Positions 31,691 to 41,759 of a DNA stretch of 64,000 nucleotides are shown here, piece by piece. How positions within the stretch are numbered: the first letter of the stretch is position 1; each line of letters starts with the position of its first letter. A program made the position numbers and the translations under genes. The notes below the pieces were generated by a model. It was given only the letters and a program-made list of their open reading frames with translations, was not told the origin of the DNA and searched no databases. Source of the stretch: Bacteroidales bacterium UBA6680 (lineage in GTDB: Bacteria; Bacteroidota; Bacteroidia; Bacteroidales; UBA6680); NCBI GenBank assembly GCA_002454955.1, contig DKJY01000109.1, positions 1,249-65,248 of the forward strand, in the 5' to 3' direction.

Positions 31691-32401
31691 ATGTGTATAC
31701 GAATATATTTAATACTTCTACTGTTTATAATAACACTTGTTGTAAATACATCTGCTCAAGATAAACTTCTTGTCCAGAAAAGAGACAAGATATCTGTGAT
31801 TGAAAAAAATCCTGATAATGAGATAAAACTATTAGATAATGTTTCAGGTAATCTTGTAGGTTATAACTGGAATGGCGACTCATTAAACATATTTATCTCA
31901 GATAAGGGTGTTGTTAATAAGTTTAGTTTACAGCATAGTAATCTTAAGAATAGTTTACCAGAGAAAAAATCTCTACAGAACAAAATAGTTGATGACTATA
32001 GAGTCTCTTATATAAGAGATAATGTTACAATATATAAAGAATATATTAATGTGATACACTATTATAGGAATGATAGTCTTATATGGACAAAAAGGTATGG
32101 CAATTTTAATGTTGGCATATTATCTTTTGGGAAATCGTTCAATAATGTAGTTATCTCTGAAAGCAAAGGCAGAATACTCTTTATTCACCCTAATAGAAAG
32201 TTAATAGAACTGAATCTGAATACAAGAGAGGAGAGAAGAATAGCTAACAATGTTAATAGTTATCAGTACTCACCTACTGACAGGTACATTCTTATAAAGG
32301 AGATGTCCAGATATAGAGATAATACTTATCTCTATGACTCAGAAAAGAAAGTTAAGATAGAATATGATGGGTTATTAAAAGCATTTTGGATGTATAAATA
32401 A
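31691..32401 (+). CDS. Exported hypothetical protein, beta-rich (possible partial propeller)
   Basis: Signal peptide TSA-Q; YQYSPTDRYILI and VVISESKGRILF resemble TolB-like blades; followed by hairpin 32433-32464. Confidence 0.7.
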   Translation: MCIRIYLILLLFIITLVVNTSAQDKLLVQKRDKISVIEKNPDNEIKLLDNVSGNLVGYNWNGDSLNIFISDKGVVNKFSLQHSNLKNSLPEKKSLQNKIVDDYRVSYIRDNVTIYKEYINVIHYYRNDSLIWTKRYGNFNVGILSFGKSFNNVVISESKGRILFIHPNRKLIELNLNTREERRIANNVNSYQYSPTDRYILIKEMSRYRDNTYLYDSEKKVKIEYDGLLKAFWMYK

Positions 32402-32432
32402 TTTAATCTGACTTAATGATATATTTATAATT

Positions 32433-32519
32433 TTCGGGCAGTAACTTTACTGTCCGAATTTTTTATCTGATAAGTATGGTATAAAAAAACAGGCCACCCT
32501 GTAATAGAGTGACCCGTTT
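32433..32519. terminator. Pair of terminators between convergent genes
   Basis: TTCGGGCAGTAA-ct-TTACTGTCCGAA plus T-tract for the + strand; A-tract plus imperfect stem CAGGCCACCCT..AGAGTGACCCG for pepF on the - strand. Confidence 0.7.
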
Positions 32520-32542
32520 GGTCGAGATTATAATAGTTGATA

Positions 32543-34429
32543 TTAGTTTAGCTTCTCAATCTCTTTTTCAAGCTGTGCAATTAGTTTATCAAGCTGGTTG
32601 ATAATTGCTAATACAGGCTCTGGCTTTGTTAAGTCAACACCCGCCTTTTTAAGCTGGTTCATTGGATAATCGTTTCCACCAGACTTAAGTAGTGTAAGGT
32701 ACTTCTCTGTAGCAGCTCTACGCTCTTTTTTAGATCCTTTTGTAACCTTATCGTACAATACTGCTGATGAAGCAAAACATGTAGCGTACTGGTATACATA
32801 GAAAGGAGAGTTATAGAAGTGAGGTATACGTGCCCAAAGCAGATTCTTTTTAGATAGATCTTTTACAAATACATCACCATAGTATGCTTTGTTAAGATCG
32901 TCAGCAATTTTAGTCAGACTGGCAGCAGTAACCGGACGTCCTTGCTCAGCAAGTCTGTGTGCCTGAAGCTCAAAATCAGCAAACATTGTCTGAATATAGA
33001 ATGTTCCGATAATACCCTCAATAGCTTGCTGTAGAAGTGCAATACGCTCTTTAGTATCTTTTGTATTATCAAGCATATAGTCAAGTAACAGACGCTCATT
33101 AAAAGTAGATGCAACCTCAGCAACAAAAATAGTGTATCCGTGTGTTGCAAATGGCTGATTTTCGCTTGATAGCATTGAGTGAAGTGTATGACCAAGCTCG
33201 TGGATTAATGTGAACGTATAATCTAATGTACCATTGTAGTTTAATAGCATATATGGGTGAACACCATAAACGTTAATTGAGTATGCACCTGAACGCTTAC
33301 CAGGAGTTTCATATACGTCTAACCATCCGTTTGCAATGGCTCTCTTCATTTTAGCAACATAATCTTTACCAAGAGGTTTTACAGCATCAATAGCCATAAG
33401 TTTAGCCTCATCGTAAGGATATTTCTTATCTGAATCAATTAAAGGAATTCTGCTATCGTATCCGTGGTAATCACCTTCAAGCTTAAGAAGTTTTGCTCTT
33501 AGTTTGTGGTAACGCTGTAGTGGCTTTGTATTTGCTTTTACAGTGTTTACAAGGTTCTCATATACTCCAACAGGAATGTTGTTACCATCAAGGCTTGCCT
33601 CTAAACAAGATTTATATCCTCTTGATTGTGCGCTTGCCCAATCAGCATCAAGAATACCTTTGTAGATAGATGCAATAGTATTCTGCTTTTTTGCATATAC
33701 AGGGTAGAATGCATCTGCTGCATTCTTTCTGTTCTCTCTCACTTTATCAGTTGAAAGAATACTTGAATATGTACCGTTTGTTAGAGTAACCTCTTTTCCG
33801 TCTTTAAGAGTCATTTTTGGGAACTCTGCATCAGTAACAGTAAGGCTGCTGTAGATAGATGATGGAGTACCAGACATTGTTCCGAAATAAGAAAGTAACT
33901 GCTCTTTGTCGGCAGAGTAAACTCTTTTCTGGTTACGGTACATATCCTGCATACCAAACTTGTATGGCTTAAGCTCAGGAGTAGCATCAATCCACTTCAT
34001 CATTGTTGCCTCTGGTAGTGTTAATAACTCAGGAGTAATCCATGATGTAGCAATACCAAATTTAGCAAAAGCCATCTGTACCTGCTGTAGTTTACCAAGT
34101 ACCGACATATCTCTTCCGTCAACATCTTTCTGCAACATAGGGTATAGATACACCTTATATGCTATTGTACTTAGCTCGTCTTGTAGAAGAAGTCCTTTTT
34201 TAAGCGATTCTGCACTCTTTGTAAGAGTACCTTTAAGTGCAGCAACCTCACTCATCTTCTCCTGAAGTTTTTTAAAGTCAGCTTCCCATGCACTCCAATC
34301 GGCATAGATATCCTTAAAATTCCATTTGTATTCAGGAGCTATGTCCTTTCTCTCTTTTTGAGTAGCCTTTATGTTTGTAGCAGAAAGCAACAAACTACCC
34401 ACAATAAATAAAGTAACAATTTTTCTCAT
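32543..34429 (-). CDS. pepF: Oligoendopeptidase F (peptidase M3B) with signal peptide
   Basis: YKW..DIY, WLDVYETPGKRSGAYS, HPYMLLNY, zinc motif HELGHTLH, IFVAEVASTFNE, WARIPHFY..FYVYQYAT. Confidence 0.95.
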   Translation of the reverse strand: MRKIVTLFIVGSLLLSATNIKATQKERKDIAPEYKWNFKDIYADWSAWEADFKKLQEKMSEVAALKGTLTKSAESLKKGLLLQDELSTIAYKVYLYPMLQKDVDGRDMSVLGKLQQVQMAFAKFGIATSWITPELLTLPEATMMKWIDATPELKPYKFGMQDMYRNQKRVYSADKEQLLSYFGTMSGTPSSIYSSLTVTDAEFPKMTLKDGKEVTLTNGTYSSILSTDKVRENRKNAADAFYPVYAKKQNTIASIYKGILDADWASAQSRGYKSCLEASLDGNNIPVGVYENLVNTVKANTKPLQRYHKLRAKLLKLEGDYHGYDSRIPLIDSDKKYPYDEAKLMAIDAVKPLGKDYVAKMKRAIANGWLDVYETPGKRSGAYSINVYGVHPYMLLNYNGTLDYTFTLIHELGHTLHSMLSSENQPFATHGYTIFVAEVASTFNERLLLDYMLDNTKDTKERIALLQQAIEGIIGTFYIQTMFADFELQAHRLAEQGRPVTAASLTKIADDLNKAYYGDVFVKDLSKKNLLWARIPHFYNSPFYVYQYATCFASSAVLYDKVTKGSKKERRAATEKYLTLLKSGGNDYPMNQLKKAGVDLTKPEPVLAIINQLDKLIAQLEKEIEKLN

Positions 34430-34508
34430 TTGTCTATTTTTAGTTTTACGACATATTGTGTTATGCCATATGTGTATTTAATGGTTCTTATTAATCTATT
34501 TATAAGCA

Positions 34509-34539
34509 GAACAGCCTATAAATTTTATATAGACTGTTC
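34509..34539 (-). terminator. Hairpin downstream of aspS
   Basis: AACAGCCTATA..TATAGACTGTT inverted repeat; weak U-tract. Confidence 0.6.
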
Positions 34540-34577
34540 GTAATTCTTTTTTATTGATAAAATAAAACATTAAAGGT

Positions 34578-36338
34578 TTAATCCTCTTGTTCCACTTTTA
34601 TAATATTTAGATTAAGCTCTTTTAACTGATCGTCAGCAACCATAGATGGTGCCTCAATCATAACATCTCTTCCTGAATTATTTTTAGGGAATGCAATAAA
34701 ATCTCTGATAGATTCTGATCCGCCAAACATAGATACAAGACGATCAAATCCGAATGCTACCCCGCCGTGTGGTGGTGCACCATATTTAAATGCATCCATA
34801 AGGAATCCGAACTGCTCTTCAGCCTCTTCATCAGAGAAACCAAGATGTTTAAACATCTGCTTCTGTAGCTCTGTATTGTGAATTCTGATAGATCCACCAC
34901 CTATCTCTACACCGTTTATTACAAGGTCATAAGCTTTTGCTCTTATCTCGCCCGGATTGGTATTGAATAGCTCAATATCCTCTTCTCTTGGCGATGTAAA
35001 CGGATGGTGCATTGCATGATATCTGTTACTATCTTCGTCCCACTCAAGCAGAGGGAAATCAACAACCCACATCGGAGCAAATACCTCTGGATCTCTAAGT
35101 CCAAGTTCATTACCCATGTGCAGACGTAATTCGCAAAGAGCACTTTGTGTTTTAGCTTTATCACCTGCAAGAACCAATATAAGGTCGCCAGGTTTAGCAT
35201 TTGTAGCTTCTGCCCACTTAGCAAGATCTTCTTGTGCGTAGAACTTATCTACAGACGATTTAAATGTTCCGTCGGCATTATATTTAACGTATACTAATCC
35301 TTTAGCACCAATTTGTGGCTTCTGAACAAACTTTGTAAGAGCATCAAGTTTCTTTCTTGTATACTCAGCACATCCTTCGGCACATATTGCACCAACATAC
35401 TCAGCTGAATCAAATACAACAAAATCTTTTCCTCCTACAATCTCTTTAAGCTCAACAAAACGCATTCCGAACCTGATATCTGGTTTGTCAGATCCGTAGT
35501 ATTTCATTGCATCGGCATATGTCATTTTTGGGAAATCAGCAAGCTCTACATCTTTAACTGTTTTAAACAGATGTCTTGTCATTCCTTCAAATGTATTCAG
35601 AACATCATCCTGCTCAACAAACGACATCTCACAGTCTATCTGTGTAAACTCAGGCTGACGATCTGCTCTAAGATCCTCATCTCTGAAACACTTAACAATC
35701 TGGAAATATCTGTCGCACCCTGCAATCATAAGCAGCTGCTTAAATGTTTGAGGCGACTGTGGCAGTGCATAGAACTGATTTGGATTCATACGCGATGGCA
35801 CAATAAAGTCACGTGCTCCTTCTGGAGTAGATTTAATAAGATATGGAGTCTCTATCTCAAGGAAGTTTTGAGAATCAAGATATCTGCGAACCTCTTGTGC
35901 TACACGGTGACGTAGTTCAAGACCAGAACGTACAGGATTTCTTCTTATATCAAGATATCTGTATTTCATACGTATCTCGTCGCCACCATCTGTATTGTCC
36001 TCAATTGTAAAAGGAGGAGTATCTGATTTGCTTAGTATATCAAGTGTATCAACAACAATCTCAACCTCACCAGTAGGTATCTTTTTGTTTTTACTTGCTC
36101 TTTCAATAACCTTACCTGATACCTTAATAACATATTCACGGCCAAGCTCGTCAACCTTGTTTTTTAATTCCTCTGAGCTGTTCTCGTCAAATACCAGCTG
36201 CGAAATACCATATCTGTCTCTAAGGTCAACAAATGTCATACCTCCAAGTTTTCTTACGCGCTGTACCCAACCGCTTAATGTAACCTCATTATCGATGTTA
36301 CTAATACGCAGCTCTCCACAATTGTGAGTTCTATACAT
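34578..36338 (-). CDS. aspS: Aspartate--tRNA ligase
   Basis: [73 protein letters not shown]. Confidence 0.99.
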   Translation of the reverse strand: MYRTHNCGELRISNIDNEVTLSGWVQRVRKLGGMTFVDLRDRYGISQLVFDENSSEELKNKVDELGREYVIKVSGKVIERASKNKKIPTGEVEIVVDTLDILSKSDTPPFTIEDNTDGGDEIRMKYRYLDIRRNPVRSGLELRHRVAQEVRRYLDSQNFLEIETPYLIKSTPEGARDFIVPSRMNPNQFYALPQSPQTFKQLLMIAGCDRYFQIVKCFRDEDLRADRQPEFTQIDCEMSFVEQDDVLNTFEGMTRHLFKTVKDVELADFPKMTYADAMKYYGSDKPDIRFGMRFVELKEIVGGKDFVVFDSAEYVGAICAEGCAEYTRKKLDALTKFVQKPQIGAKGLVYVKYNADGTFKSSVDKFYAQEDLAKWAEATNAKPGDLILVLAGDKAKTQSALCELRLHMGNELGLRDPEVFAPMWVVDFPLLEWDEDSNRYHAMHHPFTSPREEDIELFNTNPGEIRAKAYDLVINGVEIGGGSIRIHNTELQKQMFKHLGFSDEEAEEQFGFLMDAFKYGAPPHGGVAFGFDRLVSMFGGSESIRDFIAFPKNNSGRDVMIEAPSMVADDQLKELNLNIIKVEQED

Positions 36339-36381
36339 ATCTATATTTTAATTTATTATCTTCGGTTTATCATTTAACCCA

Positions 36382-36389
36382 CAAAAGTA
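36382..36389 (-). promoter_or_regulatory. Bacteroidota sigma-A -7 element for aspS
   Basis: Reverse strand TACTTTTG matches TAnnTTTG, about 45 bp upstream of the ATG. Confidence 0.65.
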
Positions 36390-36496
36390 ATAATAAGATT
36401 ACAGAAGTAAAGTACTAAGATTAAGAAACTGTTTTTTATTAATAAAAAAATGTAATTATTAGTTTTGTTATAAAGTAATATGTTATAAGTATAGAT

Positions 36497-36946
36497 ATGG
36501 GATATCCGGTTTTTTCTGATGAATATTTTATGAATGAGGCTCTTAAGGAGGCTCGTAAAGCTGCTGAGTTGGGCGAAGTACCTGTTGGCGCGGTTATTGT
36601 GTGCAATAATATGGTGATTGCCAGAGGGCATAATCTAACAGAACAGCTTAATGATGTTACGGCACATGCCGAGATACAGGTTATAACATCGGCAGCTGAG
36701 AGTTTAGGAGGTAAATATCTTACCGGATGCACTCTGTATGTTACCTTGGAGCCATGCTTAATGTGCGGTGGGGCTCTGTATTGGTCGCAGATATCCGGAA
36801 TAGTTTATGGAGCACCGGATACTAAGCGAGGATTTGGCAGATTGAAGGAAGATGTTATACACCCTAAATGTACTGTAAAAGGGGGTGTGTTGGAGAGTGA
36901 GTGTTCAGCTGTTGTAAAAGAATTTTTTGCCGAAAAACGTAAATAG
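36497..36946 (+). CDS. tadA: tRNA adenosine deaminase / nucleoside deaminase
   Basis: GEVPVGAVIV, TAHAE, LYVTLEPCLMC. Confidence 0.92.
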   Translation: MGYPVFSDEYFMNEALKEARKAAELGEVPVGAVIVCNNMVIARGHNLTEQLNDVTAHAEIQVITSAAESLGGKYLTGCTLYVTLEPCLMCGGALYWSQISGIVYGAPDTKRGFGRLKEDVIHPKCTVKGGVLESECSAVVKEFFAEKRK

Positions 36947-37112
36947 AAGGAGAGGAGTTGATTGTTTTTTTTAATTTTTTTGACTGTTACAAAAGTTTGC
37001 TAAGCAGAGAATTATAACAATATGAGATTGAGCTTTATAACATGTTTTTTTTGATAGTCTGCATAAGTTTATATATTTACGCACAGAATACAAACTAAAA
37101 CTGCTATAAATT

Positions 37113-38072
37113 ATGAATGTAACAAAGAGAATTTTACTATTGTTAATTACAATTACATTAACACTAGGACTAAGTGCACAAACTGTTAAAGATGCTAACC
37201 TAAAATACAATGAAGGAGCTCAGTTATTAGGTACTGATATTGCCGGTGCTCTAAAAGCATTTAAAGAGTGTGTTAAAATGTGTGATGCAATAGGAGAAGA
37301 GGCGTCGGATACGAGAGATAGAGCGGTAGCGCAGATACCGGGATTACATTACAAGCAGGCAATGGGTGCTTACAAAGCAAAGAAATTTGTTGAGGCAATT
37401 GCTAAATTTCAAGAGACAGCTAAGGTTGCGGAGAAGTATGGAGATGATAACATAAAGAAGAAATCTTTATCTAAAGTTCCTACGATATATCTTCAGATAG
37501 CTAACTCATACTCAAAGAAGAAAGATTTTGATAATGCTATTGCAAATTACGATAAAGCAATAGAGATTAAGCCTGAGTATGCTAAAGCTTATTTTTATAA
37601 AGGATTAGCACAAAGAAAAAAGGGTGATGTTGAAGGTATGCTTGCTTCGTTTAACATGACTATTGAGAAGGATAAAAAAGGTAAAACAGCTGCTAAAGCA
37701 AAGAAGATTATTGGAACTCATTATCTTAAGGCTGGTGAGAAGGCAAGAAAAGCAAAGAAATTTGCTGATGCTGTTGAGAACTACAATAAGTCACTTGAAT
37801 ATTCAAAGCCATCGGCTCAGGTTTATGGTTTAATAGCAATATCATATAAAGAGCTTAAGGAGTTTGACAAAGGTATTGAGGCTGCTATTAAAGCTGTTGA
37901 ACTAGAGAAGGGTGGAGTAGAGAAGGTTGCTAAGCACAACTTTACTCTTGCAGAGATTTACAGACTAAAAGGTGATGTTGCTAAGGCTTGTGAAACATAC
38001 AAACTTGCTGAAGTAGGATCTGTAGCTGCAAACGCAAAATATCAGCGCGAGCAGGTATTAAAGTGCAAGTAA
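37113..38072 (+). CDS. Exported TPR-repeat protein
   Basis: Signal peptide LSA-Q; TPR units such as FDNAIANYDKAIEIKPEYAKAYFYKGLA. Confidence 0.88.
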   Translation: MNVTKRILLLLITITLTLGLSAQTVKDANLKYNEGAQLLGTDIAGALKAFKECVKMCDAIGEEASDTRDRAVAQIPGLHYKQAMGAYKAKKFVEAIAKFQETAKVAEKYGDDNIKKKSLSKVPTIYLQIANSYSKKKDFDNAIANYDKAIEIKPEYAKAYFYKGLAQRKKGDVEGMLASFNMTIEKDKKGKTAAKAKKIIGTHYLKAGEKARKAKKFADAVENYNKSLEYSKPSAQVYGLIAISYKELKEFDKGIEAAIKAVELEKGGVEKVAKHNFTLAEIYRLKGDVAKACETYKLAEVGSVAANAKYQREQVLKCK

Positions 38073-38112
38073 TCTTTAAGCATTATACAGAAAACAAACG
38101 TTATAATATTAT

Positions 38113-38246
38113 GAGAGTCGACCATTTGGTCGGCTCTTTCTGTTTAATTCTATTATTAAACTATTTCTGATCTGTTAGCAGATGCGTTTATAGATGCTTC
38201 TTATATATTCAAAAAAAGGACTGTAGTATAATCTACAATCCTTTTT
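38113..38246. terminator. Two terminators between the convergent TPR gene and thiL
   Basis: GAGAGTCGACC-attt-GGTCGGCTCTTT at 38113-38140, and AAAAAAAGGACTGTAG..CTACAATCCTTTTT at 38211-38246. Confidence 0.75.
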
Positions 38247-38265
38247 AGTAGTTATTATTGGTTGT

Positions 38266-39303
38266 TTAATTACCGTGATTCCAACCCTGTGCTTTTAGCT
38301 CTATTGTTGTATCATCAGGAGTAACTAAAACCTTCTCGTCTTTATTCTCACACACATGACCAATAACAGTTACACCAGGAATATTAACAACCTTATCGTA
38401 ATCTTTTATATCTACAGTAAAAAGAAGTTCGTAATCTTCGCCACCGTTTAGTGCAGCCACAGTAGGGTCTATATTAAACTCTTTTGCCATATCAGATGTT
38501 TGGTCATTAACAGGAATCTTTTCCATATAAATGTGGCAACCTGTTCCTGAATTTTTACATATATGCATAAGCTCAGACGATAATCCATCAGATATATCTA
38601 TCATTGATGTTGGAGTAATCTCTGCTTTTGCAAGCTCTTCAATTATATCCTTTCTGGCTTCAGGCTTTAATTGGCGCTCAAGTATATATTCATAACCTTC
38701 AAGCTCAGGTTGCTGATTATATTGTTGATCATGCAGAGATTTCTCTCTCTCCAGAAGCTGCAGCCCCATATAAGCTCCACCTAAATCGCCAGTAACACAT
38801 ATAAGGTTGTTTTTTTGAGCCCCTGAGCGTTTTACAATCTTATCCTCGTTAGCAGTACCAATTGCAGTTACAGATATTGTGAGTCCGGTTAATGATGATG
38901 TTGTATCGCCTCCAATAAGATCTACATTGTACAGGTCACATGCCATTTTAATGCCGGAGTATAGCTCCTCTACATCCTCAATAGCAAACCTTGATGATAT
39001 AGCAATTGATACAGTTATCTGTTTTGGTGTAGCATTCATTGCATAAACATCAGAAAGATTTACAATTACTGATTTATAACCCAGATGTTTTAACGGAGTA
39101 TATACAAGGTCAAAGTGTATTCCCTCTGTAAGAATATCTGTTGTTACTACCATTTTTGAGTCAGAGCCAATTATTGCTGCATCATCGCCAACACCTAGTA
39201 TAGTCTCGTTGTTTTTGGTACTAAAATTACCGGTAATCCTATCAATTAGTCCAAATTCTCCAAGCTCAGAAATAGGTGTTCTCTTGTTTTTGTTATCCGA
39301 CAT
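38266..39303 (-). CDS. thiL: Thiamine-monophosphate kinase
   Basis: LGEFGLI, GVGDDAA, EGIHFD, NLSDVYAM, IGGDT, MIDISDGL, GGEDYELLFT. Start moved to ATG 39303. Confidence 0.96.
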   Translation of the reverse strand: MSDNKNKRTPISELGEFGLIDRITGNFSTKNNETILGVGDDAAIIGSDSKMVVTTDILTEGIHFDLVYTPLKHLGYKSVIVNLSDVYAMNATPKQITVSIAISSRFAIEDVEELYSGIKMACDLYNVDLIGGDTTSSLTGLTISVTAIGTANEDKIVKRSGAQKNNLICVTGDLGGAYMGLQLLEREKSLHDQQYNQQPELEGYEYILERQLKPEARKDIIEELAKAEITPTSMIDISDGLSSELMHICKNSGTGCHIYMEKIPVNDQTSDMAKEFNIDPTVAALNGGEDYELLFTVDIKDYDKVVNIPGVTVIGHVCENKDEKVLVTPDDTTIELKAQGWNHGN

Positions 39304-39380
39304 ATTAACTTCTTTATTATTAAATGTGTGTATTACTTGAGTTAGTCTAAATAAAAGCAAAACTTTTTGCCTATTCGGAG

Positions 39381-39432
39381 CAAATTTATTAAAAACTGTT
39401 TATCTTTGCGGCTATTTAGAACAATTCTATTT
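39381..39432. promoter_or_regulatory. Divergent thiL/suf promoters with Fur-like box
   Basis: TAAATTTG on the - strand (39381-39388) and TATCTTTG on the + strand (39401-39408) match TAnnTTTG; imperfect palindrome ATTTAGAACAATTCTATTT at 39414-39432. Confidence 0.6.
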
Positions 39433-39482
39433 TAGTTTTGTTAGCTCAGGTAAGAGCGGGGGACAAAAAATGAGGTTTAATT

Positions 39483-40940
39483 ATGTCAAATAAAGAGAAC
39501 GAACAGGAGAAGATTTTGAATGAGGTTACCGAGACCGACTATAAATATGGTTTTGTAACCGACATTGAGAATGAATATATACCAAAGGGACTTTCAGAGG
39601 AGACGGTGAGGCTTATTTCTGCAAAAAAGAATGAGCCAGAATGGTTGCTTGAGTTCAGGTTAAAGGCTTTTCGTCATTTTCTGACGTTAGAGATGCCGGA
39701 TTGGGCACACTTGAACATTCCGGAGATTGATCTTCAGGATGTAATATATTATGCTGCTCCTAAAAAGAAAAAGGAGCTGAAGAGTATGGATGAGGTTGAC
39801 CCAGAATTAAGGGCAACGTTTGAGAAACTTGGAATACCTCTTGATGAGCAGAAACAGCTTTCAGGAGTTGCCGTAGATGCAGTTATTGATAGTGTATCTG
39901 TTAAGACAACATTTAAAGATACTCTTGCTGAATTAGGAATTATATTCTGCTCATTTTCTGAAGCAGTTGCCGACCATCCTGATTTGGTAAAGAAACATCT
40001 TGGTAGTGTTGTACCTTATACAGATAACTATTTTGGAGCTTTAAACTCTGCTGTGTTTAGCGACGGATCATTCTGTTATATACCAAAGGGAGTAAGATGC
40101 CCAATGGAGCTATCAACATATTTTAGAATTAATGCAGCTAATACAGGTCAGTTTGAGCGTACACTTATTGTAGCCGACGAGGAGTCGTACGTTAGTTATC
40201 TGGAAGGTTGTACAGCACCACAGCGTGATGAAAATCAGTTGCACGCTGCTATAGTAGAGATTATTGCAGAGAAGGATGCTGAGGTGAAGTACTCAACAGT
40301 ACAGAACTGGTATCCGGGCGATAAGAATGGTGTTGGTGGAATCTACAATTTTGTAACGAAAAGGGGCATCTGTAGAGGCGATAATTCAAAAATATCGTGG
40401 ACTCAGGTTGAAACGGGATCTGCAATTACCTGGAAATACCCGAGTTGTATATTAAAAGGTAATAACTCAATAGGAGAGTTCTATTCTGTAGCACTTACTA
40501 ATAATCATCAGCAGGCCGACACAGGAACAAAGATGATTCATATAGGTAAAAACACAAAGAGTACAATTATTTCAAAAGGTATCTCAGCAGGTGTTAGCCA
40601 AAATTCATACAGAGGACTTGTTAAGGTTCTTAAAGGAGCAGAGAATGCACGTAACTTCTCGCAGTGTGATTCACTTCTGTTAGGCGATAAGTGTGGTGCA
40701 CATACATTCCCATATCTTGAGGTTGATAACAGATCTGCAATTGTTGAGCATGAGGCAACAACATCAAAGATTAGCGAAGATCAGGTATTCTATTGTAACC
40801 AGAGAGGTATAAATACAGAGGATGCCATAGGGCTTATAGTAAATGGGTATGCCAAAGAGGTACTGAATAAACTGCCAATGGAGTTTGCTGTTGAGGCACA
40901 GAAGCTTCTTCAGATAAGCCTTGAAGGTAGTGTAGGATAA
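39483..40940 (+). CDS. sufB: Fe-S cluster assembly protein SufB
   Basis: [61 protein letters not shown]. Confidence 0.99.
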   Translation: MSNKENEQEKILNEVTETDYKYGFVTDIENEYIPKGLSEETVRLISAKKNEPEWLLEFRLKAFRHFLTLEMPDWAHLNIPEIDLQDVIYYAAPKKKKELKSMDEVDPELRATFEKLGIPLDEQKQLSGVAVDAVIDSVSVKTTFKDTLAELGIIFCSFSEAVADHPDLVKKHLGSVVPYTDNYFGALNSAVFSDGSFCYIPKGVRCPMELSTYFRINAANTGQFERTLIVADEESYVSYLEGCTAPQRDENQLHAAIVEIIAEKDAEVKYSTVQNWYPGDKNGVGGIYNFVTKRGICRGDNSKISWTQVETGSAITWKYPSCILKGNNSIGEFYSVALTNNHQQADTGTKMIHIGKNTKSTIISKGISAGVSQNSYRGLVKVLKGAENARNFSQCDSLLLGDKCGAHTFPYLEVDNRSAIVEHEATTSKISEDQVFYCNQRGINTEDAIGLIVNGYAKEVLNKLPMEFAVEAQKLLQISLEGSVG

Positions 40941-40996
40941 CAGAGGGAAATAAATTTAGTTTAACAAGTAGGCTTTAGCCAATAAAATAAAATACA

Positions 40997-41743
40997 ATGT
41001 TAAAGATCGAAGATTTACATGCATCTATAGATGGGAAAGAGATTCTTAGAGGTATAAATTTAGAGATTAATCCGGGTGAGGTACATGCTATTATGGGGCC
41101 AAATGGTTCTGGTAAGAGTACATTGTCATCAGTTATTGCCGGTAGAGATATTTATGAGGTTACACACGGAAAGATAACATTTGATGGCGTCGATCTTCTT
41201 GAACTTTCACCAGAAGAGCGTGCATGTGCAGGTGTTTTTCTTGGGTTTCAATATCCTATTGAGATTCCGGGAGTGAGTATGGTAAACTTTATGAAGACAG
41301 CTGTAAACGAGCATAGAAAATATAAGAACCAGGATCCGCTTTCTGCTTCAGACTTTCTTAAGCTAATGAGAGAGAAGAAAGAGCTTGTTGAGATAGATTC
41401 AAAACTTACCAACAGATCGGTAAATGAGGGATTCTCTGGAGGAGAGAAGAAGAAGAATGAGATTTTTCAGATGGCAATGCTTGAGCCAAAGCTTGCGGTA
41501 TTGGATGAGACAGATTCAGGTCTTGATATTGATGCACTAAGAATTGTGGCAAATGGTGTTAATAAACTTAAAACATCAGAGAATGCTACGGTTGTTATTA
41601 CTCACTATCAGCGTCTGCTTGATTATATTGTTCCTGATTTTGTACATGTACTTTACAAAGGAAAAATTGTTAAAACTGCAGGTAAAGAGTTGGCTCTGGA
41701 GCTTGAAGAAAAAGGATATGATTGGATAAAGAGAGAGTTCTAA
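40997..41743 (+). CDS. sufC: Fe-S cluster assembly ATPase SufC
   Basis: GPNGSGKST, NEGFSGGEKK, LDETDSGLDIDAL, ITHYQRLL. Confidence 0.99.
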   Translation: MLKIEDLHASIDGKEILRGINLEINPGEVHAIMGPNGSGKSTLSSVIAGRDIYEVTHGKITFDGVDLLELSPEERACAGVFLGFQYPIEIPGVSMVNFMKTAVNEHRKYKNQDPLSASDFLKLMREKKELVEIDSKLTNRSVNEGFSGGEKKKNEIFQMAMLEPKLAVLDETDSGLDIDALRIVANGVNKLKTSENATVVITHYQRLLDYIVPDFVHVLYKGKIVKTAGKELALELEEKGYDWIKREF

Positions 41744-41759
41744 ATTTAAAGGTGATATT

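Noticed and set aside
28700-32401. Integrative element at tRNA-Arg
   Set aside because: No integrase or transposase is present, and no duplicate of the tRNA 3' end was noticed by eye. The region looks accessory but cannot be called a mobile element.
36374-36732. Minus-strand ORFs overlapping tadA
   Set aside because: They are antisense to a clearly recognisable deaminase gene.
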